A stretch of DNA of 44,125 nt from an uncultured Staphylococcaceae bacterium (GTDB lineage Bacteria > Bacillota_I > Bacilli_A > RFN20 > CAG-826), in the NCBI GenBank assembly GCA_964471005.1, contig CAYYIC010000001.1, positions 1 through 44,125 on the forward strand, given 5' to 3'. The number at the start of each line of letters is the position of its first letter. Position 1 is the first letter of the stretch. The translations under genes and the position numbers were made by a program. The notes beneath the pieces were generated by a model that ran no database searches, was not told the origin of the DNA, and saw only the letters and a program-made list of their open reading frames with translations. Of this stretch, positions 19,013 through 28,686 are shown piece after piece.

Positions 19013-19629
19013 GAACTCGCTATAAACCGTGGGCTAAACCATATCTCGGCGAACATCGAGAAGTCGTCATCGAAACAATCGAAGACGGCCAAGGTTTTTT
19101 CTCCAGCCCTAATCTCGAGATGGAAATCGGTTGTGGCAAAGGCGACTTCATCGTGTCTCTTGCCGAAAAAAATCCGCAAAAGAATTATTTGGCGGTCGAA
19201 GTGTCGGCGATGGTCGCGGCTATGGCGGCAAGAAAAATTGTCGATAAAAAAATAACGAATGTCCGCATTGTTGTCGATGATGTTGCTAAGGTTTTGCCGA
19301 TTTTAAAAGGCGAAACACTCTATGCCATATACTTAAATTTTTCTGATCCATGGCCGAAAATAAGACACGAAAAAAGACGCCTCACTTTTCCTTTAAAGTT
19401 GCTAGAATATATTCGCCTGTTAAAAAAAGGCGGCCACCTATATTTTAAAAGTGATAATGACGCTCTCTTCGCTTATTCCCTTGCCACCATCAAAGAAAGT
19501 CCGTTTGAAATCATCTCGTTTACCAGCGACTATCGCACTCTCGAAGAAGGCGATGCGATGAGCGAATATGAGAAACAATTTCGTGGGGTTGGCAAAAACA
19601 TCAATCGCATCGTGGCAAGGAGAAAATGA
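19009..19629 (+). CDS. trmB: tRNA (guanine46-N7)-methyltransferase
   Basis: 206 aa with EIGCGKGDF (SAM motif) and FSDPWPK.RH.KRR. ATGA overlap with pepV. Confidence 0.93.
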   Translation: MRTRYKPWAKPYLGEHREVVIETIEDGQGFFSSPNLEMEIGCGKGDFIVSLAEKNPQKNYLAVEVSAMVAAMAARKIVDKKITNVRIVVDDVAKVLPILKGETLYAIYLNFSDPWPKIRHEKRRLTFPLKLLEYIRLLKKGGHLYFKSDNDALFAYSLATIKESPFEIISFTSDYRTLEEGDAMSEYEKQFRGVGKNINRIVARRK

Positions 19630-19631
19630 AT

Positions 19632-20720
19632 ATGAAACTAACGAATCGCCAATTATTTCTGCTCGAAACAACGACCCAGCTCATTTCGGTGGCGGGTGAT
19701 GAAAATGAAGTGCGAAACTTTCTAAAGAAAGAATTTGACACGAAAGGTTTGGAACTCGTTAGCGACAACCTCGGAAGCCTCTATGCCTTGAAGAAATCCA
19801 AGGCGAAAAATGCTCCCAGAGTCATGGTGTCTGGCCACATGGATGAAATCGGCTTCATGCTACTATATATCCTCGACAATGGCTTCGTTAAAACCTCAGC
19901 TCTCGGCGGGCACAGCAAAGAGACACTCGCCGCTCATCGCGTCGTTTTAAAAACGCAAAAAGGCGATAAATTCTATGGGGCAATCGCTTCTATCCCCCCT
20001 CATCTTAAGAACGAAAATCACGAAGACGAAGATCGCTATATTGAAGAATTGCTTTTTGACTTCGGTTTCGCTTCAAAAGAAGAAGCTCAAAAAGCGGGAT
20101 TATCAATCGGAGATTCAATCGTCGTCCTCGGCGACTTTAAAGTATTAAATGGCGGCCGGAGGCTACTCGCCAAGGCTTTTGACAATCGCTATGGCGTGGC
20201 TCTTGCTCTCGATCTTCTCGATGAGCTCACAAACGAGGATTTACCATACGACTTATACATCGGAGCCAACGTGCAAGAAGAAGTTGGAGTGCGTGGCGCG
20301 CAGACGGCGGCGCAAAAAATCATACCAGATTTTGCCATTGTCCTAGATTGTTCGCCGGCGCGTGATTTCGGTGAGAAAAAAGATGAATATGGGCGGCTGG
20401 GCGAAGGCGTTTTGATACGCTATCTCGATCGTTCGATGATCGCTTTTCCAGAACTCCTCGATTGGCAGATTAAAGCTTGCCAAGAAACAGGTGTGAAATA
20501 TCAGTATTTTGATTCTCCGGGAGGCACGGATGCCGGCATCATTCACAAAGCTAATTCCGGAACCCTCACCATCACTCATTGCATCTGTGCTCGAGGCATT
20601 CATTCTCCAAGCTCAATCATCGATGTCGACGATTATCTCGCAGCCAAGAAATCTCTGCTTCACATCCTGCGCAATTTTAATAGTGAAGAGCTTCATAGAT
20701 TAAAAGGATATCGGCGCTAA
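19632..20720 (+). CDS. M42-family aminopeptidase (YtoP/glutamyl aminopeptidase-like)
   Basis: Motifs GHMDEIGF, FDNR.G and QEEVG.RGA. The second ATG at 19632 has AAGGAGA 8 nt upstream. The first ATG at 19626 has only a 2-nt spacer. Confidence 0.86.
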   Translation: MKLTNRQLFLLETTTQLISVAGDENEVRNFLKKEFDTKGLELVSDNLGSLYALKKSKAKNAPRVMVSGHMDEIGFMLLYILDNGFVKTSALGGHSKETLAAHRVVLKTQKGDKFYGAIASIPPHLKNENHEDEDRYIEELLFDFGFASKEEAQKAGLSIGDSIVVLGDFKVLNGGRRLLAKAFDNRYGVALALDLLDELTNEDLPYDLYIGANVQEEVGVRGAQTAAQKIIPDFAIVLDCSPARDFGEKKDEYGRLGEGVLIRYLDRSMIAFPELLDWQIKACQETGVKYQYFDSPGGTDAGIIHKANSGTLTITHCICARGIHSPSSIIDVDDYLAAKKSLLHILRNFNSEELHRLKGYRR

Positions 20721-20721
20721 T

Positions 20722-21324
20722 ATGTATCGGCTATTTTATAATTATCATACGTTAGGAGATGTTTTGATGATTGTTTTTAACAATCAAAAGCGAGCAAATC
20801 GCATCGAAAAAAGAGATGATGCCACTCTTATCTACAACGATTCAGAGCTCATCGGCATCAACCTTTTAAATATTTCGAAAATCGTCCGCATCAAAGCGCA
20901 AGGGATGATTGTGAGCCCGGCCAAAGAATTTCTTGAAGTCATCAATCATGTCATAAAAAATATCGGGCTCGATCCTCTACCCGCGCAATCTTCTTCCGGC
21001 TTTATCGTCGGTCAGGTGCTTGAAATAAATAAGGAAGAAGGCAAAGACTATCAAGTGGCCAAAGTCGATGTTGGTTCGCGCGTTATCTATGCCAAATGCA
21101 TCGGATATGCCATCAACCAATTTTCCTCAGTTGTCATCGCTCTTCCAAACACGATTCTTTTCGATGGCGAAGTGGTGGCGGTGGAAGAGCGCGATGGCAT
21201 GTTCTTTGAAGGCAAGATTTGCACTCATAGAAATTTAAACCTCGAATCACCAGTCGGGGTTGACGAGGCATATATCGTTGAAGAATTTTTGGAAATCGGC
21301 CAAGATTTCTTTGCAAGGGAGTAG
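20722..21324 (+). CDS. ytpR: YtpR-like tRNA-binding-domain protein (DUF4479 + OB fold)
   Basis: 200 aa. The N-terminus MYRLFYNYHTLGDVLMI parallels B. subtilis YtpR (MNAFYNKEGVGDTLLI). The OB-fold region is GFIVGQVLEI...YQVAKVDVG. Confidence 0.75.
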   Translation: MYRLFYNYHTLGDVLMIVFNNQKRANRIEKRDDATLIYNDSELIGINLLNISKIVRIKAQGMIVSPAKEFLEVINHVIKNIGLDPLPAQSSSGFIVGQVLEINKEEGKDYQVAKVDVGSRVIYAKCIGYAINQFSSVVIALPNTILFDGEVVAVEERDGMFFEGKICTHRNLNLESPVGVDEAYIVEEFLEIGQDFFARE

Positions 21325-21327
21325 AAT

Positions 21328-22428
21328 ATGGAACTCGAAATCGTCTTAAAAAAACAAGGGAAAATTGCGCGGCTGACAAACAAAACATTTTGCTTTGACG
21401 AACGATTAAGAAGCGGGTTTTATGCGGCTAATTACTTCTTAAAAGCTCGCGAAATCGTCAAAAAATATCATGCCGGCCACATCGTTACCATGCAATTTTT
21501 TCAAAGGACCGAAGAAGCGATGGCGTGCGGCATCGATGAAGCCATCGCCCTCGTTCATAATTTTGCCATCGAGCCAGAAAACTTGACTATTGAGGCCTTA
21601 CACGACGGCGATATCATCGCCGCAAATGAACCGGTTCTAAAAATTACAGGGAAATATGAAAACTTTGGCTTTCTTGAAAGTATGATAGACGGTATTCTCG
21701 CCCGCCGCAGCAGCGTCGCGACAAACGTTCATCGCGTCGTCGCCAAGCTTAACGGCACGCCATGCTTTTCAATGGCTGATCGACAAGACGATTATCTCAC
21801 TCAAGTCGGAGATGGATATGCCACCTATGTCGCCGGAATTGATAAAGTGAGTACCGATGCCCAAGGTTATTGGTGGGGTGGAAAAGGCATGGGGACGATG
21901 CCGCATGCCCTCATTCAAGTGTGTGGTGGCGACATCATTAAAGCCGCCAGCCTCTATCAGAAAACCTTTCCCGATGAAAAAGTAACCGCGCTAATTGATT
22001 ACAATAATAATGTCGTCCACGATTCACTTGCTTTGGCCCGCCATTTAAAAATGGATTTAAAAGCCGTTCGCGTCGATACCTCCAAAGCTTTAGTCGATCA
22101 CTATTTTGACGGTAAAGACACCTCGGGATTTGACGCTCACGGCGTGTGTAAAGAATTAATATTCGCTTTGCGAAAAGCTTTAGATAGCGAAGGCTTTAAT
22201 CATGTTAAAATCATCGTCTCAAGCAGCTTCGATGTCACCAAGATTACGGAGTGGGTAAAGCTTGGAGTTCCAGTCGACATGTACGGCGTGGGAACAGCTT
22301 TTGTCAACAACACGACCGTGGGCTTCACCGGCGATTTAGTGCGCCTTGATGGCAAGTCGGAAGCCAAAGAAGGCCGACGCGATATTCCGTCTCGCCGTTT
22401 ACAAAAAGTACCCTATCCCATCTACTAA
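21328..22428 (+). CDS. pncB: nicotinate phosphoribosyltransferase (short, archaeal/mollicute-type type II PRTase)
   Basis: 366 aa. It shows the type II PRTase barrel pattern (MPHALIQ, RVDTS, YGVGT) and the length typical of short NAPRTases. AAGGGAG Shine-Dalgarno. Confidence 0.8.
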   Translation: MELEIVLKKQGKIARLTNKTFCFDERLRSGFYAANYFLKAREIVKKYHAGHIVTMQFFQRTEEAMACGIDEAIALVHNFAIEPENLTIEALHDGDIIAANEPVLKITGKYENFGFLESMIDGILARRSSVATNVHRVVAKLNGTPCFSMADRQDDYLTQVGDGYATYVAGIDKVSTDAQGYWWGGKGMGTMPHALIQVCGGDIIKAASLYQKTFPDEKVTALIDYNNNVVHDSLALARHLKMDLKAVRVDTSKALVDHYFDGKDTSGFDAHGVCKELIFALRKALDSEGFNHVKIIVSSSFDVTKITEWVKLGVPVDMYGVGTAFVNNTTVGFTGDLVRLDGKSEAKEGRRDIPSRRLQKVPYPIY

Positions 22429-22462
22429 ATTGCTATATTAATGAAAATGTTACAGTTGATTA

Positions 22463-22476
22463 TGAAAACTTTTTCA
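22463..22476. promoter_or_regulatory. cre-like palindromic operator in the regulator's own promoter
   Basis: TGAAAACTTTTTCA differs from the cre consensus TGWNANCGNTNWCA at one position (central G to T). It is the core of the perfect 16-bp palindrome ATGAAAACTTTTTCAT (22462-22477). That palindrome lies between TTGATT (22456-22461) and TATACT (22477-22482). Confidence 0.4.
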
Positions 22477-22508
22477 TATACTATGAAGAAGTTATGGGAG
22501 AGAAGAAA

Positions 22509-23510
22509 ATGGATTATTTAAAAGACCGCGTCACGATTTACGAGGTCGCAAAAGTTAGCGGCGTTTCCCTCGCCACGGTTTCCCGCGTCATCAACAAGCA
22601 GGGAAACGTCACTGAAGCGACGCGTTTAAAAGTGGAGGCGACGATTCAAAAATTAGGTTATAAGCCGAGTGGACTAGCGCGCGCTTTAGCGACGAATGTG
22701 ACGACAAATATCGGCATTGTCATCCCTTCTGCCAACTATGTCTACATCTCAAATATGTTGAATGGAATTACCGAGGTTGCTAAAGAAAAAGGGTTCGTAT
22801 TGACCTTATTCGTGACTTCTTATTCGCGAAGTGATGCTCTCGCTATGGTCGAAAAAGTCATCACTTCACATGTCGATGGAGTTATCATTTTCGACGACCA
22901 GCTCGACAAGGAAGATATTGAGAAGATCAATTCCTATTCCGTTCCGACCATCGTCATCAATAACAAAATTGTCGGCAATCGCATCGGCTGCATCAACTTC
23001 GGCTACGAGCACGCGGTCAAACGCATGTTAAAAGCCCGCTACGAGAAAAACGACATGAAGCCGGCCGTCTTCCTCCATGTCCACAATGCCGGCCGTCTCC
23101 TCGCCCGCATTGAAAAAGCTTTCATCGATTTTCATAACGACATCGGAGTCCCATATCGCATCTTTAACGTCGATGACTCTTCAGAACGAACATATCTCGA
23201 TTTTATGGAATATTTTAAGAAGCATCGGCAAGGCTTTTTTATCGCCTATCGCGATTCGATTGGCGCAGCCATTGTCAACGCTGCGACAGACTCGGGGTTA
23301 AAGGTTCCTGATGATGTCGAAGTCGTCTCCATCATCGGCACGAAATATGCGGAAATCATCCGCCCGACTTTGTCGAGCTTTTATATCAATATGCAAGAAG
23401 TCGGAAAACGAGCCATGTATATGTTGATCGATTTATCAAATGGCGAATTAAACGAGAAGGCCTATAAGTTTGAATCGGCTTATACGGCCCGCAATAGCAC
23501 CAAGGAGTAA
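22509..23510 (+). CDS. LacI-family transcriptional regulator, candidate CcpA orthologue
   Basis: The HTH VTIYEVAKVSGVSLATVSRVINKQGNV resembles CcpA [22 protein letters not shown]. A periplasmic-binding-protein-like core follows. The C-terminal ARNSTKE resembles CcpA RKSTKS. I chose the ATG at 22509 (GGGAGAG 6 nt upstream); 22494 is the alternative start. Confidence 0.85.
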   Translation: MDYLKDRVTIYEVAKVSGVSLATVSRVINKQGNVTEATRLKVEATIQKLGYKPSGLARALATNVTTNIGIVIPSANYVYISNMLNGITEVAKEKGFVLTLFVTSYSRSDALAMVEKVITSHVDGVIIFDDQLDKEDIEKINSYSVPTIVINNKIVGNRIGCINFGYEHAVKRMLKARYEKNDMKPAVFLHVHNAGRLLARIEKAFIDFHNDIGVPYRIFNVDDSSERTYLDFMEYFKKHRQGFFIAYRDSIGAAIVNAATDSGLKVPDDVEVVSIIGTKYAEIIRPTLSSFYINMQEVGKRAMYMLIDLSNGELNEKAYKFESAYTARNSTKE

Positions 23511-23514
23511 GAAA

Positions 23515-24768
23515 ATGATCAATATTATTGAAGAGTTAAATTACCGCGGTTTAATCAAAGATTACTCTGATGAAAAAGAGCTTCGAGAGCTCCTTGCGAC
23601 GCCGCAGACAATCTATTGTGGTTTTGATCCGAGTGCCGCTTCGATGCACATCGGCAATTTTGTCATGATTTCGCTTTTGATGCGCTTGCAAAGAGCCGGG
23701 CATCGCGTCATTCCCGTCGTCGGTGGGGCCACCGGCATGATCGGCGATCCTTCGGGAAAGTCAAAAGAGCGGAACCTCTTAGAAGAAAAAGAACTTAAGA
23801 AAAACTCAGAAGCGATTCGCCGCCAACTCGGAAGATTTATTAATCTCGAAGACGAAAAGCGCGGTGTGCTCGTCAATAACTACGATTGGCTGAGCAAAAT
23901 TAGCATGCTCGATTATCTACGCGATTACGGAAAATATTTTCCGATTAATTATTTGCTGAACAAAGAAATTATTGCCAGCCGTCTAGAAAACGGTATCTCA
24001 TATACAGAATTTTCCTATAACCTCTTGCAGGCGATTGACTTCTTGACCCTTTTTCGTCAACACGGATGTCGCATTCAAGTGGGTGGCAGCGATCAATGGG
24101 GCAATCTCACCAGCGGCCTTGAATTGATTCGCAAAGTCGAGGGCAGTGACGTCAAAGTCGGAGTGATGACCAGCCATCTGATCGTCGATTCGGCGGGAAG
24201 AAAGTTCGGCAAATCAGAAGGCGGTGCCTTATATCTCGATGCCGAGATCACAAGTCCATATAAACTTTATCAGTACTTTATTAACGTCGGCGATGCCGAT
24301 GCCGTTCGCTACCTAAAGATATTCACCTTCCTCAGCAAAGATGAAATCGAAACAATCGCTACGTCCCACGGACAAAATCCCGGACTTCGCCAAGCTCAGA
24401 AAACGCTGGCCTATGAAGTCGTCAAAATCATTCACGGTCAAGAAAGAGCAGATGAAGCGATCAAGATGAGCGAATCCCTCTTCTCGGGCGACTTTGTAAC
24501 GATGAGCGAAAAAAACCTCATTGAAGTCTTGGGCGATTTAGAAGTGAAGGCCTCATCGGGAATTATTCTCGAAGATGCCTTGCTTTTAGCAAAGGCGGCT
24601 TCTTCCAAACGCGAGGCTCGCGAATTCTTAAGCGGTGGAAGCATCTCTTTAAACGGGCAAAAAGTAACTGATGGGGCGCGACAATTAACCGCTGATGGGG
24701 CTCTTTGCGGAAAATACTATGTCTTGCGGAGAGGCAAGAAAAACTACTTTTTAATCAATATTGCTTAA
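23515..24768 (+). CDS. tyrS: tyrosine--tRNA ligase
   Basis: 417 aa with HIGN (SMHIGNF), KFGKSEGG (KMSKS equivalent) and a C-terminal S4-like domain. The ATG at 23515 has AAGGAG 7 nt upstream, only 4 nt after the regulator's stop. Confidence 0.96.
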   Translation: MINIIEELNYRGLIKDYSDEKELRELLATPQTIYCGFDPSAASMHIGNFVMISLLMRLQRAGHRVIPVVGGATGMIGDPSGKSKERNLLEEKELKKNSEAIRRQLGRFINLEDEKRGVLVNNYDWLSKISMLDYLRDYGKYFPINYLLNKEIIASRLENGISYTEFSYNLLQAIDFLTLFRQHGCRIQVGGSDQWGNLTSGLELIRKVEGSDVKVGVMTSHLIVDSAGRKFGKSEGGALYLDAEITSPYKLYQYFINVGDADAVRYLKIFTFLSKDEIETIATSHGQNPGLRQAQKTLAYEVVKIIHGQERADEAIKMSESLFSGDFVTMSEKNLIEVLGDLEVKASSGIILEDALLLAKAASSKREAREFLSGGSISLNGQKVTDGARQLTADGALCGKYYVLRRGKKNYFLINIA

Positions 24769-24783
24769 AAGTTTATTAATAAT

Positions 24784-24813
24784 AAAAAAGACCCGCGTGG
24801 GTCTTTTATTTTT
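24784..24813. terminator. bidirectional Rho-independent terminator (tyrS / rpsD)
   Basis: AAGACCC (24788-24794), GCGT loop, GGGTCTT (24799-24805). An A-run and a T-run flank the stem. Confidence 0.8.
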
Positions 24814-24823
24814 GCTTGGTTTA

Positions 24824-25429
24824 TTACAGCAAGCGGTTGTAGTATTCGATGATTTGCGCTTCGACGATGTCTTGCGGCAATTCGTTGCGTTCTGGAGCGC
24901 GAAGGAAGGTACCTTCTAATTTCGCAGAATCGACTTTGACATATCCGGCGGACGATGGTTTGCTTTCAAGCGCTTCCTTGATAACTTTGAGGTTTTTGCT
25001 TGACTCGCGAATGGCGATGACATCATTGACCGAGCAAAGATATGACGAGATGTCGACTTTCTTGCCGTTAACGGTAATGTGACCGTGGTTGACAAGTTGT
25101 TTGGCGCCGCGACGCGTTCTTGAAAAGCCCATACGATAGACGAGGTTATCAAGTCTTGATTCCAAAATGCGGAAGAAAGCGATACCGGTAACTTCGCTCG
25201 ACTTAATCGCGATGGCGAAGAGGCGGCGGAATTGGCGTTCATTAACTCCGTACATGTGACGAAGCTTTTGTTTTTCAACTAATTGCTTGCCATATTCTGA
25301 AGGTTTTCTTTTGCGAGCGTTGCCGTGTTGACCAGGACCATATGCTCTCTTTCTTAATTCTTCGCCGGTTTCAAGCGTCGAAAAACCAAGTCGGCGTGAG
25401 CGTTTGTAATCCGAACCAGTGAATTTCAT
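24824..25429 (-). CDS. rpsD: 30S ribosomal protein S4
   Basis: 201 aa with MKFTGSDYKRSRRLGFS... and the S4 RNA-binding domain LESRLDNLVYRMGF. AAAGGAGA Shine-Dalgarno. Confidence 0.97.
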   Translation of the reverse strand: MKFTGSDYKRSRRLGFSTLETGEELRKRAYGPGQHGNARKRKPSEYGKQLVEKQKLRHMYGVNERQFRRLFAIAIKSSEVTGIAFFRILESRLDNLVYRMGFSRTRRGAKQLVNHGHITVNGKKVDISSYLCSVNDVIAIRESSKNLKVIKEALESKPSSAGYVKVDSAKLEGTFLRAPERNELPQDIVEAQIIEYYNRLL

Positions 25430-25590
25430 GTTCTATTCTCCTTTCCCTTATATTTTGCAATATAAAGCAAGAGGTGCAAATTCCATCCTTCGGATGTCTG
25501 AGATATTATTTCACCGTTGAGCTTTGGCTACTCTATCACATTTGTTCCCGACATCGGACAAGGCGTATTTACATGCTGCATTACATGCAA
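25430..25590 (-). promoter_or_regulatory. rpsD 5' leader (candidate S4 autoregulatory leader)
   Basis: There is about 160 nt between the predicted promoter and the start codon. It holds stable hairpins, for example CATCC-TTC-GGATG at 25484-25496 and TGCAT-nnn-ATGCA near 25572-25586. Autoregulation of B. subtilis rpsD through its leader is established; the fold here is not verified. Confidence 0.4.
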
Positions 25591-25595
25591 CGATT

Positions 25596-25624
25596 ACTAT
25601 AAAGGAAAGATAGCGATTAGTCAA
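25596..25624 (-). promoter_or_regulatory. sigma-A-type promoter for rpsD
   Basis: On the minus strand: TTGACT (25619-25624), a 17-nt spacer, then TATAGT (25596-25601). Confidence 0.55.
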
Positions 25625-25753
25625 CAAAAAGAAATGGGGGGACTCGCGTGATTAATAATTATTATTAAGGCTGTATCTTCTATGAAGTTTTGATGCCTCC
25701 TCGGAATCGTAAAAGTTTAAAAAGGATGCCGTTAGAAAAAGTCTAAACTATTT

Positions 25754-25782
25754 TTGAAATAGCCCTCGATGAATGCTATAAT
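25754..25782 (+). promoter_or_regulatory. sigma-A-type promoter for ezrA
   Basis: TTGAAA (25754-25759), a 17-nt spacer containing a TGc extended -10, then TATAAT (25777-25782). It ends 18 nt before the ATG. Confidence 0.55.
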
Positions 25783-25800
25783 CTTTACAAGGTAAAATTC

Positions 25801-27537
25801 ATGTCAGAAGTCCCGACGATTCTCTTATTAGGTACGACCAGCATCATCTTTATGGCGATTGGAGCGGCCCTCATCCTCGGCGTCACCATCTTTTTATTAT
25901 ATAAATTTGTCATCGTCCGCCACGCCGCCCGCAAACGCGTCCGTGAACTCGAGAGACGCTTTGAATATCTTCACGCTCTTTTGATCGGCCAAGACGCCCA
26001 ATATGTCAAGCGCTTGGAAATCATCTCGCGAACCAACCTCCTCTATGTCGAATTGCACACGCAGTATTTGAAGCGCTTCAAAGAATTGCGCGATCGCTTT
26101 GACGCCCAAGCTCAAAATACCGTTAATAGACTTAAAGATTTGGTCGATGAAGGTAAATATAAAGCTTTAAAAGTTGCTTATCCAGAAGGTAGGGATATCA
26201 TCGAAACGTATGAAAAACACGTCAACACCCTCAACGGTGATTTAATCTCGGTTGTCAAACCGGAAGAAGAAGCTCGTCAAGCCTCTCTTTCTTTGAAAGA
26301 GGAACTCAGGAGAATTAAGCAAGATTACTACTCAAAGCAGGGTGATTTACAACTTGTGATCTCCTCGTTTGATGCCGTCTATGAATATATCGATGGACTT
26401 TTTGACGAATTCGAGCAATTTGTTGAATCCGCACAGTACGACGATGCCAACACCTTGCTTCCGCAGATTGCCAAAGCAATTAAAGAAGTCGGCCGCGTTC
26501 TTTCTAAACTCCCAAACCTCTGCGCTTTGGTAACGACGGTCATCCCCGACAAAATAGCTTCTTTGATGAATGCCTACGAAGAGATGGCCGAGGCCAAGTA
26601 TCCGCTTCATCATCTAATCGTCAAAAATAACATTTATGATATGAATCGTGAACTCGAAGTTCTCACCAAAAAAATAAAAAGTTTTGAGCTGACAAACGTC
26701 CACAATGCCCTCGATAACATCATCGCCCGCATCGACGAATACTTTCTTTTATTTGAAGAAGAGAAAAAAGCTCGCGTCATCTTTGATGCCGAATGCGAAG
26801 ACATCTATGTCGTCGTCAATACCCTTGAAAAGAAATTTATTCGCCTGTGCAACACAATTCCAGAAGTCAAAAAGATTTATGTGATCAGCTCGGCCTATGC
26901 CAACCGCGTTAACGAAATTCAAAACGAGATTAACAAAGTCGGAGCCACCAAGCGCTCACTCGACACATTTATTCACTCATCGACGAAACAACCATATTCA
27001 ATTCTGGTCGGCAAGATGCACGAGCTTCGCGACGAATCAAATCTCGCCCTTTCGATGATGGAAGATTTTCAAGTATACCTCGATTCCTTAAAAGAGACGG
27101 CAGAAGGTGCTTATGAGCTGATTTACGATTTCTATCACCGCGTCAAAAAAGCCGAAAAAATTGTCCGTGATATATCCCTTGATAAGTTCACCGAAAAGTA
27201 TGGCGAGTCCCTCAATAAGATCTACGGCGCCCTAAATACGATCAACGAAGTGCTCAATGTTTTGCCAATCGATATCGCAACGGTGATTGATAACACCAAA
27301 TGGCTGAGCGAGGAAGGTGACAAAGTCATCAATGAGATCGAAAGCGAAAACAATATGATGTCGCTTGCAGAATCCGCCATCTTATACGCCAATCGCGACC
27401 GCCAGCACCTCAGCGATATCCATCATCTCGTCCTGCAGAGCGAAGCCCATTTCTACGAGGCCAATTTTGAAAAAGCTTATGTCGATACGAGCAACGCCCT
27501 GCGCAAGCTTCGCCAAGGCGGAAGTGTCGGCAGTTAA
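25801..27537 (+). CDS. ezrA: septation ring formation regulator EzrA
   Basis: 578 aa with a single N-terminal TM helix (ILLLGTTSIIFMAIGAALILGVTIFLLY) followed by long spectrin-like coiled-coil repeats. Its position between rpsD and nifS-thiI matches B. subtilis. Confidence 0.85.
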   Translation: MSEVPTILLLGTTSIIFMAIGAALILGVTIFLLYKFVIVRHAARKRVRELERRFEYLHALLIGQDAQYVKRLEIISRTNLLYVELHTQYLKRFKELRDRFDAQAQNTVNRLKDLVDEGKYKALKVAYPEGRDIIETYEKHVNTLNGDLISVVKPEEEARQASLSLKEELRRIKQDYYSKQGDLQLVISSFDAVYEYIDGLFDEFEQFVESAQYDDANTLLPQIAKAIKEVGRVLSKLPNLCALVTTVIPDKIASLMNAYEEMAEAKYPLHHLIVKNNIYDMNRELEVLTKKIKSFELTNVHNALDNIIARIDEYFLLFEEEKKARVIFDAECEDIYVVVNTLEKKFIRLCNTIPEVKKIYVISSAYANRVNEIQNEINKVGATKRSLDTFIHSSTKQPYSILVGKMHELRDESNLALSMMEDFQVYLDSLKETAEGAYELIYDFYHRVKKAEKIVRDISLDKFTEKYGESLNKIYGALNTINEVLNVLPIDIATVIDNTKWLSEEGDKVINEIESENNMMSLAESAILYANRDRQHLSDIHHLVLQSEAHFYEANFEKAYVDTSNALRKLRQGGSVGS

Positions 27538-27555
27538 TATTTTCACATCAGGAAT

Positions 27556-28686
27556 ATGATTTATTTAGATAACGCTGCCACGACTAAACCGCGGCGCGAG
27601 TTACTTGATATTTTTCAAAAGGTAGAAGGCGATATTTTCGCTAATGTTAACAGCAATCACTCTTTTGGTCGCGAGGCCGAAAAATATCTGAACAAAGCCC
27701 GGTCGATTCTCCTTGATGCCCTCGGTGTTGAAGAGACGCACCGCGCCATCTTTTTGTCTTCGGCGACGGAAGCTAATAATCTCGCCCTCAAAGGCTATGC
27801 CTTGAGGCATCAGCAGCGCGGAAAGCACATAATTATCAGCAATATCGAGCATCCTTCAGTTTTAGAATGTGCGATTCAACTTCGCGATCTTTTCGGCTTT
27901 GAACTGACGATTCTCAATGTTAATCACAAGGGTTTTGTGCGACTTGAAGAGGTGCGCAACGCGCTAAAGAAAAATACCATCATCGTCTCCATCATGGCTG
28001 TCAATAATGAAATTGGCAGCATCAACCCCATTCAAGAAATCGCCGCGATCGTCCATCAGCATTCGCGCGCGGTGTTACACGTCGATGCGAGCCAAGCAGT
28101 TGGAAAAGTTCCTCTACCCTATTCCGATATCGATCTCCTTTCAATTTCAGGACATAAGATAAACGGCCTCAAAGGCAGTGGGGCTTTGCTTATTAAAAAA
28201 CCCATCGATCTCGTCCCCCTTTTAAGCGGCGGCGGACAAGAGTATGGATTGCGTAGCTCGACGATCAGCCCGGCTCTCGCCTACACTTTAGCGCTCGCAG
28301 CAAAAGAAGCCGTGGATAATGAAGCGAAAGATTCTCGGTCAGTTTCCGAACTAAATTCTCTACTTAGAAGCCATTTTCTTAAAAGGGATGACGTTATTAT
28401 AAACAGCCCTGAAAAAGCTTCTCATTATATTTTAAATATCTCGCTCTTCGACAAGAAAGCCAGCGTTATCGTCGAAGCCCTTTCCAATCAAGGAATCATG
28501 ATTTCCTCCGTAAGCGCCTGCCACGCGAAAGCATCCTCAATATCGCACGTTGTGCGAGCGATTGGGCGAAGCGAAGACTTAGCCAAAAATACTTTGCGCA
28601 TCAGCTTTGATTCCCACTCGAGCATCGAAGAGGTGCAGACATTTATCAATGCCTTTGACGAGATTATAGAAAGGATTCGCTCATGA
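27556..28686 (+). CDS. cysteine desulfurase (NifS/NifZ/IscS family, class V aminotransferase)
   Basis: 376 aa with MIYLDNAATT, the PLP lysine in SGHKINGLKG and the catalytic Cys in SSVSACHA. Paired with thiI, as nifZ is in Bacillus. Confidence 0.92.
   Translation: MIYLDNAATTKPRRELLDIFQKVEGDIFANVNSNHSFGREAEKYLNKARSILLDALGVEETHRAIFLSSATEANNLALKGYALRHQQRGKHIIISNIEHPSVLECAIQLRDLFGFELTILNVNHKGFVRLEEVRNALKKNTIIVSIMAVNNEIGSINPIQEIAAIVHQHSRAVLHVDASQAVGKVPLPYSDIDLLSISGHKINGLKGSGALLIKKPIDLVPLLSGGGQEYGLRSSTISPALAYTLALAAKEAVDNEAKDSRSVSELNSLLRSHFLKRDDVIINSPEKASHYILNISLFDKKASVIVEALSNQGIMISSVSACHAKASSISHVVRAIGRSEDLAKNTLRISFDSHSSIEEVQTFINAFDEIIERIRS

Noticed and set aside
25625-25753. About 130 nt of unassigned DNA lie between the divergent rpsD and ezrA promoters. 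It includes a G6 run and a GAGGAGG on the minus strand.
   Set aside because: No start codon follows the SD-like GAGGAGG in any frame within a suitable distance. Only ORFs of 17 codons or fewer are present. This is consistent with ordinary divergent-promoter spacer or UP-element DNA.
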